From the IMG/VR virus record IMGVR_UViG_3300045988_100041: a stretch of DNA of 64,000 nucleotides. One strand, given 5' to 3'. This DNA comes from a virus. The translations under genes and the position numbers were made by a program. Positions 44,582-52,529 of this stretch are shown here, in pieces. Numbering within the stretch: position 1 is the first letter of the stretch; the number at the start of each line of letters is the position of its first letter. The notes under the pieces are model-generated. The model did no database searches and was not told where the DNA came from. It saw only the letters and a program-made list of their open reading frames with translations.

Positions 44582-45379
44582 TCAGGCAATTTTTGCTGCC
44601 GCGAGGCTCGCGGCTTTACGCTGGACGATGCTTGTGAAGATCTCGCAGAGTTTTACATCCTGAGAAATGACGGCGAGTTTGCTGACTGCCTGACACTCGG
44701 CATATTTTGCGCCGCCCTGCTTCATGCGTTTGCGCAGGTTGTTCAGGCGCGTGTCAATGTTGCAGTGAGCGGATTCTTCCAGTTCTTTGTAGAGCTGACC
44801 GGTGAAGGTCTGGAAGTTCAGCTCGTATTCCATGCAGAGCTGACGGATTTTATTTCGCATGGCATCCTGCCAGCTGTTCCGGTCTACGGATGGGGCGGCC
44901 AGTTCGGAGAATGCGGTCTGCATGGCACTGTGGATCTGTTTCTGCCCAGATTCCAAAGCGGTCAGGCGGCGTTCCTGTTCTACCATGATTTGCGCTTGCG
45001 CAAGAAGCTGCTCCGCTGGGGTTGATGCTCGCGCCTGTTCCTTGGCGCGGAAGTATCCCTTGACAAGTTCACGCTGCACTCTCCACGCCAGATCGTCCGT
45101 GAAAGACTTTACCAGCATGAGGTATCCGGATTCTGTGATGAGCGTCACGTCTTCCGTAGCCTTTGCCGGAATGTCGTTCCAGTGCGTCCGAAATTCGGAC
45201 GCGCAAATTTTGAAGTAATCTTCTCCGTCAACGAACCGCTCCCGGTTGTCGTTGAAGCGCTTTCTTGCCGTTCCGTCAGGTCTGCCATGCACGGCGTCAA
45301 TGTCCTTGAACGTCACGACACGCTGTCCTTGATATTCCTTCACGGAAATGTCTGTATTGTTGATGGTCTGCAATTTCAT
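44582..45379 (-). CDS. ORF6N-domain antirepressor-like protein
   Basis: EYQGQRVVTFKDIDAVHGRPDGTARKRFNDNRERFVDGEDYFKI matches the ORF6N/KilA-N-type pattern. AGGAGG RBS before ATG 45379. Confidence 0.7.
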   Translation of the reverse strand: MKLQTINNTDISVKEYQGQRVVTFKDIDAVHGRPDGTARKRFNDNRERFVDGEDYFKICASEFRTHWNDIPAKATEDVTLITESGYLMLVKSFTDDLAWRVQRELVKGYFRAKEQARASTPAEQLLAQAQIMVEQERRLTALESGQKQIHSAMQTAFSELAAPSVDRNSWQDAMRNKIRQLCMEYELNFQTFTGQLYKELEESAHCNIDTRLNNLRKRMKQGGAKYAECQAVSKLAVISQDVKLCEIFTSIVQRKAASLAAAKIA

Positions 45380-45432
45380 TTCAAAAATTCCTCCTGTCAC
45401 TTAAAAAAGGGTATAAAAATCCCACGCATGAC

Positions 45433-45462
45433 TTGACATCCGCGCGGCGCTTCGTCTATAAT
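45433..45462 (+). promoter_or_regulatory. Consensus sigma-A promoter firing rightward, antisense to the RHH gene
   Basis: TTGACA (45433-45438), 18 nt, then TATAAT (45457-45462). Confidence 0.55.
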
Positions 45463-45469
45463 TGGGTAG

Positions 45470-45552
45470 ACAAAGCCCTTGCGGTTTTGGCACAAGAGCA
45501 ATCGTAGTGGGTCGCCAAACTTAGCTACGGTTGCTCATTTCGTTATTTATCT
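45470..45552 (+). ncRNA. Candidate ~80-nt antisense/small RNA
   Basis: Predicted start ~7 nt after the TATAAT. A 12-bp hairpin GAGCAATCGTAG (45496-45507) / CTACGGTTGCTC (45525-45536) is followed by ATTTCGTTATTTATCT. It overlaps the 3' end of 45543..45701 on the other strand. Confidence 0.3.
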
Positions 45553-45701
45553 CTTGTTTGGTTGAGATATTCGAGGACTGCAAAGCGAATATAGCCGCTT
45601 ACTGTCATTCCGCGCCGCTTCGCTTCTTCCTTCATTTTCTCAATCGCATCCGGCGGGAAAAACACGGTTATTCGCTCTGTGTTCTCTTTCGGTCGTGCCA
45701 T
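45543..45701 (-). CDS. Ribbon-helix-helix (CopG/Arc-like) DNA-binding protein
   Basis: 52 aa from ATG 45701 (AAGGAGGG RBS). ERITVFFPPDAIEKMKEEAKRRGMTVSGYIRFAVLEYL shows a beta-strand / helix / helix pattern. Confidence 0.65.
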   Translation of the reverse strand: MARPKENTERITVFFPPDAIEKMKEEAKRRGMTVSGYIRFAVLEYLNQTRDK

Positions 45702-45724
45702 ATTCTGCCCTCCTTTCTGGTATA

Positions 45725-45753
45725 ATAATAGCACCATTTTATTATGCTGTCAA
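45725..45753 (-). promoter_or_regulatory. Sigma-A type promoter of the RHH gene
   Basis: - strand reads TTGACA (45748-45753), 17 nt, then TATTAT (45725-45730). Confidence 0.5.
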
Positions 45754-45797
45754 TATCAATTTAAGCAACTTATAGAAATTTCTGATGGGCATCTTTT

Positions 45798-45826
45798 GAT
45801 CTACACATTTTTTCGGTTTGTCCCGC
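45798..45826 (-). promoter_or_regulatory. GCGGGACA-N15-TAGATC promoter-like box (copy d)
   Basis: - strand reads GCGGGACAAACCGAAAAAATGTGTAGATC, upstream of the RHH gene's canonical promoter. Confidence 0.4.
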
Positions 45827-45931
45827 TGGGGGGATATTCGCCCCCGCTTTTTTACAATATCACGTTTGGAAAGCGAAACATAGCGCAAAGAGGCGAAAGC
45901 GTTTCATAATTGATCGTTGGAGGTATTATTT

Positions 45932-47281
45932 ATGCGTGAATCGGAAAGCATTATTATGCAGATTGACATTGTTGATTCCCTGATTCATTTTATTAAGTCA
46001 AAATACGGAGTTAGAACGAAAGCTATCTTAATGTACGAGCGAACCGAACAAATACCTTTGGAACTACTTGAACCATATGTTGACCTTCTGAATAAGAATG
46101 AGATGAAATTCATAGAAATTTTAAGCCGAACTGATGATATGGTTATTATCCGGTATGTTGATAACGCACTCTTGCAAAAAAAACCGTTTTATTTCGCCAG
46201 AAACGACCTGTTCAATAAGTATAAAGAGGAAAATGATTATTTCCAGCTTTCAATAAAAAACAACGTTTGGGGAAACATGTGGGAAAACGAAAAATCCATT
46301 CCATATGTCAGGAAACTAACGTCTGGCTATTCCTATATTTGCTTTGAAAAGAAGTATTCAACCATTGTTGCGTATAATGTATCTCAACAATTTCACTTTA
46401 CCCCGGAAATTATTGACGTGGATGACATCCCAGAAGTTTGTTATATGGTTGAAGAAATTCCTTCCTCACCAATGCCTAGATACTGCAAAGATAACAATGC
46501 GCGTCTCGGAATTTGGTCATATATTACTCAAAATCTTATGATCCCCGCTGTTCAAATAGATGACATCAAAGGGGAAATCAAATTACAGCACAGATCAGCG
46601 GTTTCGGATGAGATCATACAATACAGACAAGGGATGCGTGTCGATATTAAACATGTTGCGCGCAGTTCATGGGAAGCAAACATTTCAAGAATATTTCAAA
46701 AACTTGGCGTTCCGTATGAGTACGAACGGGAAGCATTCAGCTTTGATGATTTCATCTATGTACCAGATTTTTTTCTCCCAAACAATATAATCGTAGAAGT
46801 GAAAGGATTCTGGGATAATAATAGCAGGAGAAAGGTTGTTGCTCTTAAAAAGAATCGACCGGAATATACTATTCTTCCAATTGATTCTGATATGTACGAA
46901 TCTTTGAGGCTGAAATATTCGAGTCAGATTTCGCAATGGGAAGAAAATGTTTCTGTCAGTTGCAGAGATTATGAAGTTAGCATTGTCGGTATGAAATTCT
47001 GTGCAAGCAAAGAGACGCTGCAATCATTAACTGTTGGAGACAATCTGCTTTTAGAGCGAGAACCAAAAAATAGATTTGATAAGAATGCCATTCTAGTAAA
47101 AACAATGAGCGGCGCACCGATAGGACATTTTTGTGCTGATTGGGCTGCTGTATTCGCTCCGAAAATGGACATTGGAATGACTTACCATGCGAAGATCTCA
47201 GACATTCAGCGAAGTGCAATTTGCGCGACTGTGAGAAGAAGCAATTTCGATGCTGAAATTCTATATGATTTTTTCACCTGA
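45932..47281 (+). CDS. Three-part protein: unknown N-domain, PD-(D/E)xK nuclease-like core, C-terminal HIRAN domain
   Basis: 449 aa from ATG 45932 (GGAGG RBS). SSWEANISRIF...YVPDFFLPNNIIVEVKGF gives an E...PD...ExK nuclease signature. VSIVGMKF...GDNLLLEREPKNRFDKNAILV...IGH is a HIRAN signature. The gene is visibly AT-rich relative to its flanks. Confidence 0.8.
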   Translation: MRESESIIMQIDIVDSLIHFIKSKYGVRTKAILMYERTEQIPLELLEPYVDLLNKNEMKFIEILSRTDDMVIIRYVDNALLQKKPFYFARNDLFNKYKEENDYFQLSIKNNVWGNMWENEKSIPYVRKLTSGYSYICFEKKYSTIVAYNVSQQFHFTPEIIDVDDIPEVCYMVEEIPSSPMPRYCKDNNARLGIWSYITQNLMIPAVQIDDIKGEIKLQHRSAVSDEIIQYRQGMRVDIKHVARSSWEANISRIFQKLGVPYEYEREAFSFDDFIYVPDFFLPNNIIVEVKGFWDNNSRRKVVALKKNRPEYTILPIDSDMYESLRLKYSSQISQWEENVSVSCRDYEVSIVGMKFCASKETLQSLTVGDNLLLEREPKNRFDKNAILVKTMSGAPIGHFCADWAAVFAPKMDIGMTYHAKISDIQRSAICATVRRSNFDAEILYDFFT

Positions 47282-47297
47282 AATTCTCCTTCTCGTA

Positions 47298-47332
47298 GGA
47301 AAACCGCTCCGGAGGGAGCGGTTTTCCTTTTT
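47298..47332. terminator. Strong bidirectional terminator after the HIRAN gene
   Basis: GGAAAACCGCTCC (47298-47310), loop GGAG, GGAGCGGTTTTCC (47315-47327), then TTTTT. Perfect 13-bp stem. Confidence 0.75.
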
Positions 47333-47351
47333 CGTGGGGTCACGAAAATGG

Positions 47352-47579
47352 TCATATTTTTATGACGGCGGATTTATAGAGCGTTGCTTTGCCGTCGAGG
47401 GTTGCCGCTTCGCGGTAGATGGACATGACTTCTTTTCCGTAGGTTTCGATGGGGGAAATATCATCCGGTTCACAGTATGAGACAAGACCGACCAGATCTC
47501 CACTGTTCAGTGGCTGACCGGAAGTGGCGGAGAAAAATTCTCCGCCTTTGATTTCGTATTCACCGGGTTTATAAAACAT
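47352..47579 (-). CDS. Hypothetical small protein
   Basis: 75 aa, AAGGAGG RBS. Has its own sigma-A-like promoter: - strand TTGAAA (47636-47641), 16 nt, then TATACT (47614-47619). Confidence 0.5.
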   Translation of the reverse strand: MFYKPGEYEIKGGEFFSATSGQPLNSGDLVGLVSYCEPDDISPIETYGKEVMSIYREAATLDGKATLYKSAVIKI

Positions 47580-47637
47580 TTGTGTTCTGGTTCCTCCTTT
47601 TTCCGTTTCTTTCAGTATAGCAGGATTTCCTGCAATT

Positions 47638-48222
47638 TCAAGCTACGGTGTGAAGCTGATAGCCGTGGTTTTTGACTTGCGCGGTGGTGTAGTAGATGCG
47701 GTCAGACCACGATACCCAGACAGGGCGCTTGCGGCCTGCGATGGTCGCTTTTTGCAGCAGGATTTCTTCGCCGCGCCTGTTCACCTTAACGGTCGCATTG
47801 AGTGGGAGATTTTCCAGACTGTTCGGGTCTTTCCTAGCTGCTGCCTTTTTCGTGGCGTTTTCCAGGCAAGCCTTGCGCCATTCGACGGCGTATTCATATT
47901 CTGTCGTGGACAGCAGATTCAGGATGGATACCGGGCAGTCGCGCTGGAATGGTCCCATGGATTCGTCCATGTCTTTATAGCCGAAGTTGCAGTATTCCTT
48001 GCTGTCGAGCCGTGTCAGGCAGACGCCGGCGAAAACATACGGTTTTTCGTTCGGTCTGGTTCTTTCGCAGGCTCCATACCATGTGGAGCCGACCATAGAG
48101 GATTTCAGGACGCGGCAGGAATCTCCGGTCTGTTCGTTGTTCCAGGTATAGAGCGCGTCGCACTCTGCTTTGCGGTCAATCTTTCCGTTCCATGCGTCTA
48201 CATGATAAAATGTCCATCCCAT
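47638..48222 (-). CDS. Conserved-looking hypothetical protein (MGWTFYH... N-terminus)
   Basis: 194-aa ORF tightly coupled to the upstream gene. I did not recognise a motif with confidence. Confidence 0.6.
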   Translation of the reverse strand: MGWTFYHVDAWNGKIDRKAECDALYTWNNEQTGDSCRVLKSSMVGSTWYGACERTRPNEKPYVFAGVCLTRLDSKEYCNFGYKDMDESMGPFQRDCPVSILNLLSTTEYEYAVEWRKACLENATKKAAARKDPNSLENLPLNATVKVNRRGEEILLQKATIAGRKRPVWVSWSDRIYYTTAQVKNHGYQLHTVA

Positions 48223-48240
48223 GATATGTACCTCCCTCGA

Positions 48241-48462
48241 TTATTTGAACAGCTGGCGGACGTTGCCGCGACTTACGTACCATGTCCAGTCCTCTTTATT
48301 TGTCGTGGGACGAAATGCGTTTTTGCCGGTCTTTTCGTGATACCACTGTTTGCAGATCGCGCAGGCTTCTTTCGCGGTATTTGCTTCGATAACGACTTCG
48401 TTTAAGTATTCCGTCCGGTTCTCCTTCGTGAAGAAGTAGACTGTGTAGTTTTTCAGCGCCAT
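48241..48462 (-). CDS. Hypothetical small protein
   Basis: 73 aa; CAGGAGGTAC RBS. Preceded by promoter-like box e. Confidence 0.5.
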   Translation of the reverse strand: MALKNYTVYFFTKENRTEYLNEVVIEANTAKEACAICKQWYHEKTGKNAFRPTTNKEDWTWYVSRGNVRQLFK

Positions 48463-48506
48463 GTTATGTACCTCCTGAACTGTTTGGGCGTTCTGTTCTA
48501 TATTTG

Positions 48507-48536
48507 ATTCTACCGGAAGCGGGGGTTTTGTCCCGC
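48507..48536 (-). promoter_or_regulatory. GCGGGACA-N16-TAGAAT promoter-like box (copy e)
   Basis: - strand reads GCGGGACAAAACCCCCGCTTCCGGTAGAAT. The -35-like box lies in a hairpin that, read on the + strand, is followed by TTTTTT. Confidence 0.5.
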
Positions 48537-48551
48537 CTCCGGCTTTTTTAT

Positions 48552-48737
48552 TTACTCATTTGCGGCTGCCGGATAGTGCGCTTTGATCTCGGCGTAGGAC
48601 GCTTTCAGGCAGAAACCGTGCGGCGTCTGGTAGGTGATGTTTTTGGGCCCGGTGGAAAGCACGACGCATTTTTCATCGTACCGGACTTTTACGAAATCGC
48701 CTTTTTTGACGTTCTCCCGGCTGTACGGTACGCCGCC
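48552..48737 (-). other. Start-less 61-codon reading frame, in frame with and directly after the TAG stop of 48738..49511
   Basis: After TAG (48738-48740) the same frame stays open for GGVPYSRENVKKGDFVKVRYDEKCVVLSTGPKNITYQTPHGFCLKASYAEIKAHYPAAANE up to TAA 48552-48554. It has no ATG or RBS of its own. Confidence 0.35.
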
Positions 48738-49511
48738 CTACGCGTCGATGCAGGACTGATAATAGCAAGCCCTTGAGATTTCGGATTCGATGCGCTCGGC
48801 GCTGTTTTCCATCCATTGCAGAACTTCGTCGCGTGTGATTTCTGTTCCGTCGTAGCGTTTGAGCGTTTCGCCTGCGTCGAGTTTGGAAAGATATTTGCGA
48901 TAGCTGTCCATGTTTTTATTCTGGGCGCGGATGTTCTTTTCTGCGTCCTGCACTCTGCGATAACAGAAATCCTTGCTCGGTTTTTTCGCGGTATCTGCTG
49001 TTCTGCGGGCGGCTTCGGCACGTTCGGCGTAGTATTCCGATTTTTTGAACTCGTCCATGCCGCGATCAAAGGCGGCAAACATTTTTTCGCGCTGGCGCGT
49101 GAAGGCACGCCCGGAGGATGTGTTGATGTTGGGCTGGGTGAAGAACGCAATATCGCCGCGCCTGGCGTTGATGGGCTTTTGCAGCTGTTCGCCGCGCTGC
49201 TCTGCTGCATCGGCGCGCGCGTCCATGCGCTCGGCTCGTTCTTCCGCGCGGGCTGCTTTTCGCTCCATTTTTTCCTCGAAGGAAAGAAGTTCGCCCGTCT
49301 TTCCCTGATTCTCCGCGCCAAGGCTCTTTGCAACCTGTTCTGCACGCCAGAGGTTCGGGATTTTTGCGCGGCTGACCCAACAGCCGCCGTATCTTGAAAA
49401 GAGGAAGTTGCTTTTGATGGTGGATTTTTGATCGTCAGAAAGCGCCTGGTATTCGGATTTATCAAAATGAAGCTCCAGCTTCTCGGTTTCTCGGTTGATG
49501 ATGTAATACAT
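48738..49511 (-). CDS. DUF3560-like protein (as annotated up to the TAG)
   Basis: 257 aa. The pattern EEKMERKAARAEERAERMDARADAAEQRG...FDRGMDEFKKSEYYAERAEAARRTA is the charged-helix plus YY..RA pattern I associate with DUF3560 (from memory). Confidence 0.6.
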   Translation of the reverse strand: MYYIINRETEKLELHFDKSEYQALSDDQKSTIKSNFLFSRYGGCWVSRAKIPNLWRAEQVAKSLGAENQGKTGELLSFEEKMERKAARAEERAERMDARADAAEQRGEQLQKPINARRGDIAFFTQPNINTSSGRAFTRQREKMFAAFDRGMDEFKKSEYYAERAEAARRTADTAKKPSKDFCYRRVQDAEKNIRAQNKNMDSYRKYLSKLDAGETLKRYDGTEITRDEVLQWMENSAERIESEISRACYYQSCIDA

Positions 49512-49545
49512 GGTTTTTCTCCCTTCTTATCTAAAATCGTGCGAT

Positions 49546-49755
49546 TCAAAGTCTTCTATGGTCACGTTCTTCTTGTGCAACTTGTTCTATGTGCGCCCGG
49601 ACACACTGCGGAAGATCCTGTTTGTAGTAGGTGATTTCTCCGCTAGAGGATATGTGGGCGACCGTCTGATAGTCGTGATTTACCTCTTTCGCCCTGTTCC
49701 ATACCGTCAGCCCATTTCCGAGATACCCAAAGCCGAGTCTGTAGTCATCTTTCAT
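49546..49755 (-). CDS. Hypothetical small protein
   Basis: 69 aa from ATG 49755, which overlaps the upstream stop. GFGYLGNGLTVWN motif. Confidence 0.45.
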   Translation of the reverse strand: MKDDYRLGFGYLGNGLTVWNRAKEVNHDYQTVAHISSSGEITYYKQDLPQCVRAHIEQVAQEERDHRRL

Positions 49756-49951
49756 GGCGGTTTTCTCCCTTCTCATCCTTGCCGAGTTCGTATGCTTCCA
49801 TCAGGGCGTCCCGAAGTCCCCAAACAGCAACATTGAGAAAGTCCTCGCTGTCTGAGTTGCGCGTTTTCAAGTCTCCACGATCTGCAACGGGCGGCATATG
49901 CTGCATGGCAATTTCCAGAAGCTTACGTTCCGTTTTTTTGCTGTATTTCAT
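49745..49951 (-). CDS. Hypothetical small protein
   Basis: 68 aa; GGAGGTGCAACC RBS. Preceded by box f. Confidence 0.5.
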   Translation of the reverse strand: MKYSKKTERKLLEIAMQHMPPVADRGDLKTRNSDSEDFLNVAVWGLRDALMEAYELGKDEKGENRHER

Positions 49952-49982
49952 GGTTGCACCTCCGGTTTCTGTTCTGGTTTTA

Positions 49983-50012
49983 TATCTACGGGAAAAGGCG
50001 GGATTGTCCCGC
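49983..50012 (-). promoter_or_regulatory. GCGGGACA-N16-TAGATA promoter-like box (copy f)
   Basis: - strand reads GGCGGGACAATCCCGCCTTTTCCCGTAGATA. Confidence 0.5.
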
Positions 50013-50023
50013 CATTTTTAAAA

Positions 50024-50665
50024 TCAGGCGCTGAGAATGTCGTAGACCTCCTGCGTTTCGTAGCGGATGACCGCGCGCCCCTGGCTGTCCTCGCCGTCGT
50101 ACATGGGACCGCAGAAGTTCTTGAGCTTCGGCGCGCCCTGCAATTCCGCCCGGCACGATACGCTGCGGAACTCGCCGGAAGTCTCGAATGCTTTTTTCAG
50201 ATCTTCGGCAGATTCAAAGGTTGCGGCATGGCGAAGATCAGACACGACCTTGTAGACCTTCTTTTTGTTTTGCAACTCCGGCAGGTGGACGCGCTCCGAT
50301 TCCTCCGCAAGTTTCAGCTCCTGCGGGAAGCTGTCTGCGAGGGAATAAAACAGGTTTTTGTCGAAGCAAAGGAAGCTTCCGGGCTGCTTCCATGAGGTTT
50401 CCTGCCAGCCGGAGAAAATCGCGATGGGTTTTGTGCCATAAAATCGCATGCCGTAGACCATGCGGCCGCCGCGCTTTTTAAAGCAGATGGTCAGAGCTTC
50501 GTTGTACTGCGCATAGGGCTTTACTTCGGCGGAAACGGCGTTGATGTGCAGGAAATACGCGCAGCCGAGTTCGCCCTCCACGGCGAGGGTCAGTCTGGGG
50601 TTTTTGGATTTTGCCGCGTCGTTCACGGCGAGGGCGATTTTCTGGTAGATTTCGAGCTGTTTCAT
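50024..50665 (-). CDS. Hypothetical protein
   Basis: 213-aa ORF; CAGGAGGCTAC RBS. Preceded by box g. Confidence 0.6.
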   Translation of the reverse strand: MKQLEIYQKIALAVNDAAKSKNPRLTLAVEGELGCAYFLHINAVSAEVKPYAQYNEALTICFKKRGGRMVYGMRFYGTKPIAIFSGWQETSWKQPGSFLCFDKNLFYSLADSFPQELKLAEESERVHLPELQNKKKVYKVVSDLRHAATFESAEDLKKAFETSGEFRSVSCRAELQGAPKLKNFCGPMYDGEDSQGRAVIRYETQEVYDILSA

Positions 50666-50707
50666 TGTATGTAGCCTCCTGTTTTCTTGGTTTTCTCTAC
50701 ACCTATA

Positions 50708-50737
50708 TATCTACCGGCGCAGTGGCATTTGTCCCGC
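50708..50737 (-). promoter_or_regulatory. GCGGGACA-N16-TAGATA promoter-like box (copy g)
   Basis: - strand reads GCGGGACAAATGCCACTGCGCCGGTAGATA. Confidence 0.5.
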
Positions 50738-50752
50738 TGCGCCGGTGATTTT

Positions 50753-51019
50753 TTATTCGACTTCCCGCTGGACGATCTTCAAACTGTAAATCGTGGCAGG
50801 GTTTGAATAACCACGCTCGTCTCTGCCTAAGTAAATCTCCGATGGTTCGTCCCATGTCATATCCTCATCCCAGAAATCTTCGTCAAACTCTTTGCGGATA
50901 GCGTCTGCTTCGACCTCGATCTGCTCACGGGCTTTCTCAAAGTTCGAGTAAACGCCCAAGATTTCGCTGCCCTCGTTGTCGGGCGTGTCCCACGTGTGAA
51001 GGGCAATGTATACGGTCAT
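50753..51019 (-). CDS. Acidic hypothetical protein
   Basis: 88 aa, rich in D/E/W (FDEDFWDEDMTWDEPSE). Confidence 0.55.
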   Translation of the reverse strand: MTVYIALHTWDTPDNEGSEILGVYSNFEKAREQIEVEADAIRKEFDEDFWDEDMTWDEPSEIYLGRDERGYSNPATIYSLKIVQREVE

Positions 51020-51035
51020 GTTCTGTTCCTCCTGT

Positions 51036-51248
51036 TCAGATTATGTAGATGTTGATTTTTTCAAGCTCGTCCTGCTCGTATGCTGCTCCAACAGGCGCGA
51101 GCGCTGCCCATGCCGCAATCTCGATGGCTGTTTCCCAAGAAAAGCCTATCCCGTTCAGATATTCAGCGTTGTACTGTTCGTCGTCGCAGGAATGATAGTG
51201 ATTGATGTTTCCCGTGTTTATGACGAGCGTGCCGTAGTCTCCATTCAT
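51036..51248 (-). CDS. Hypothetical small acidic protein
   Basis: 70 aa; ACAGGAGGCATAAAAATG RBS. Confidence 0.5.
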   Translation of the reverse strand: MNGDYGTLVINTGNINHYHSCDDEQYNAEYLNGIGFSWETAIEIAAWAALAPVGAAYEQDELEKINIYII

Positions 51249-51263
51249 TTTTATGCCTCCTGT

Positions 51264-51428
51264 TCAGATGTAATACCAGACGATAAACTTGTGTTCTGTT
51301 CCGTCTGCCGATGTCCACGGGGTCAGGTACGCCTTGCGGCGCTGCTTTTTGCGAGCCGCCACAAATGCGGCGGCTTGCTGTTCTGTGCTGAAAAATTCAA
51401 AGGTTTCGCGGTGCTGGTTTCGTTTCAT
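51264..51428 (-). CDS. Hypothetical 54-aa protein
   Basis: ATGA overlap with the upstream stop. Translates MKRNQHRETFEFFSTEQQAAAFVAARKKQRRKAYLTPWTSADGTEHKFIVWYYI. Confidence 0.4.
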   Translation of the reverse strand: MKRNQHRETFEFFSTEQQAAAFVAARKKQRRKAYLTPWTSADGTEHKFIVWYYI

Positions 51429-51577
51429 TTATTTCTCTCCTGCGTGATGCGAAGTTCGTGAATCAGATCTTGCAGTTCATACAGTTTTTCAATCTGCGTA
51501 TTTGTCAGGTTCTTGTTGTGGAATTTGAAATAACTGAAAATTTCGTCGATGCTTCGGATGATCTCGCTGTATTTCAT
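51425..51577 (-). CDS. Hypothetical 50-aa protein
   Basis: ATG 51577 follows CAGGAGGG. Translates MKYSEIIRSIDEIFSYFKFHNKNLTNTQIEKLYELQDLIHELRITQERNK. Confidence 0.4.
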   Translation of the reverse strand: MKYSEIIRSIDEIFSYFKFHNKNLTNTQIEKLYELQDLIHELRITQERNK

Positions 51578-51593
51578 GGTCGTGCCCTCCTGT

Positions 51594-51941
51594 TTATGCT
51601 GCTTCCGTTTCCGCGAACTCGGCGCGGATTTTCTCAAGACAGAATTTCTTCACGGCTGCTCGGCTCATGGTTTTTTCGTCGTAGCTGCTCGGCCTGTCCC
51701 AGACGCGGACGCGAAAAACGCCGTTGTCGATGTCTGCGATCTCGCGGTAGATGCAGACCGTCACACCGCCTGAGAAGCAGAGCTTTAAAGCGTTCATGGT
51801 GCTGGCATCGCCCCGGAAGATCTTCATGCCTGCATCAAACAGCTTCGAGGCGGCTTCTTCGGAAAATGCCAGGGCGTGATACTCGACAGCCTCAAAGCAT
51901 CCGAAGATGTTTTTTGCGTCGTGGTGTGCGATAAATTCCAT
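51594..51941 (-). CDS. Hypothetical protein
   Basis: 115 aa from ATG 51941 (GGGAGGACACAAAAATG). The listed longer ORF starts at a TTG. Confidence 0.55.
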   Translation of the reverse strand: MEFIAHHDAKNIFGCFEAVEYHALAFSEEAASKLFDAGMKIFRGDASTMNALKLCFSGGVTVCIYREIADIDNGVFRVRVWDRPSSYDEKTMSRAAVKKFCLEKIRAEFAETEAA

Positions 51942-51955
51942 TTTTGTGTCCTCCC

Positions 51956-52066
51956 TCAAAGAATCAGGTTTACAAGCGCATCCGCGCCGACGATCAGGAA
52001 AAAGACGATGGCAAGTCCTGCGAGCTGGCAGGCGATCTTTGCGATGGCTTTGATGTTTTCGTTCAT
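51956..52066 (-). CDS. 36-aa hydrophobic peptide
   Basis: Translates MNENIKAIAKIACQLAGLAIVFFLIVGADALVNLIL. GGAGGAATCACCCATG RBS. First gene after box i. Confidence 0.35.
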   Translation of the reverse strand: MNENIKAIAKIACQLAGLAIVFFLIVGADALVNLIL

Positions 52067-52105
52067 GGGTGATTCCTCCGTTTCGGTGTTGTCCTCTTGT
52101 CTTTC

Positions 52106-52135
52106 TATCTACCGGGTGGAGCGGGTTTGTCCCGC
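52106..52135 (-). promoter_or_regulatory. GCGGGACA-N16-TAGATA promoter-like box (copy i)
   Basis: - strand reads GGAGCGGGACAAACCCGCTCCACCCGGTAGATA. Confidence 0.5.
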
Positions 52136-52139
52136 TCCG

Positions 52140-52460
52140 TCAGAAATCAATTTCTGCGATAATGGAGCTGCCATTTTCCAGATCTTCCGAAAATTCTGCG
52201 GCGGTATATACGCCGGTGAAGCCGCTGGACGTGTCGCAGTTCGCATACAAATCATCGAAGCTGTTCCATTCCGCGATAGAGCGAAGCCAATTCTCGGCAA
52301 TCGTCTTGCGCTCCGAAGCTTCCGATTCATCCCAATCCGGACTGCTGCTCGGGTAGTTTTCTTCCATACCATCCTGCCACATATAGCAGGCGCGTCCGTC
52401 ATCGCTTGTTGCGACTGTCATATAGCCGCCGTTCGTTTCCACAAAGTACAATTTATTCAT
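52140..52460 (-). CDS. Highly acidic small protein (DNA-mimic / anti-restriction candidate)
   Basis: 106 aa with a dense D/E/S/W composition (SSSPDWDESEASE...FDDLYANCD...EFSEDLENGSS). Confidence 0.5.
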   Translation of the reverse strand: MNKLYFVETNGGYMTVATSDDGRACYMWQDGMEENYPSSSPDWDESEASERKTIAENWLRSIAEWNSFDDLYANCDTSSGFTGVYTAAEFSEDLENGSSIIAEIDF

Positions 52461-52500
52461 AATTCAATCCTCCATTTTCTGTTTTATCTTTACATCTTCA

Positions 52501-52529
52501 TATCTACGCAGAATCTGCGTTTGTCCCGC
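52501..52529 (-). promoter_or_regulatory. GCGGGACA-N15-TAGATA promoter-like box (copy j)
   Basis: - strand reads GCGGGACAAACGCAGATTCTGCGTAGATA. Confidence 0.5.

Noticed and set aside
48689-49549. 286-aa alternative-frame ORF overlapping the DUF3560-like gene
   Set aside because: The translation is very basic and low-complexity (Arg/Ser/Pro/Lys runs), whereas the 48738..49511 frame has a recognisable family-like pattern and proper coupling to its neighbours.
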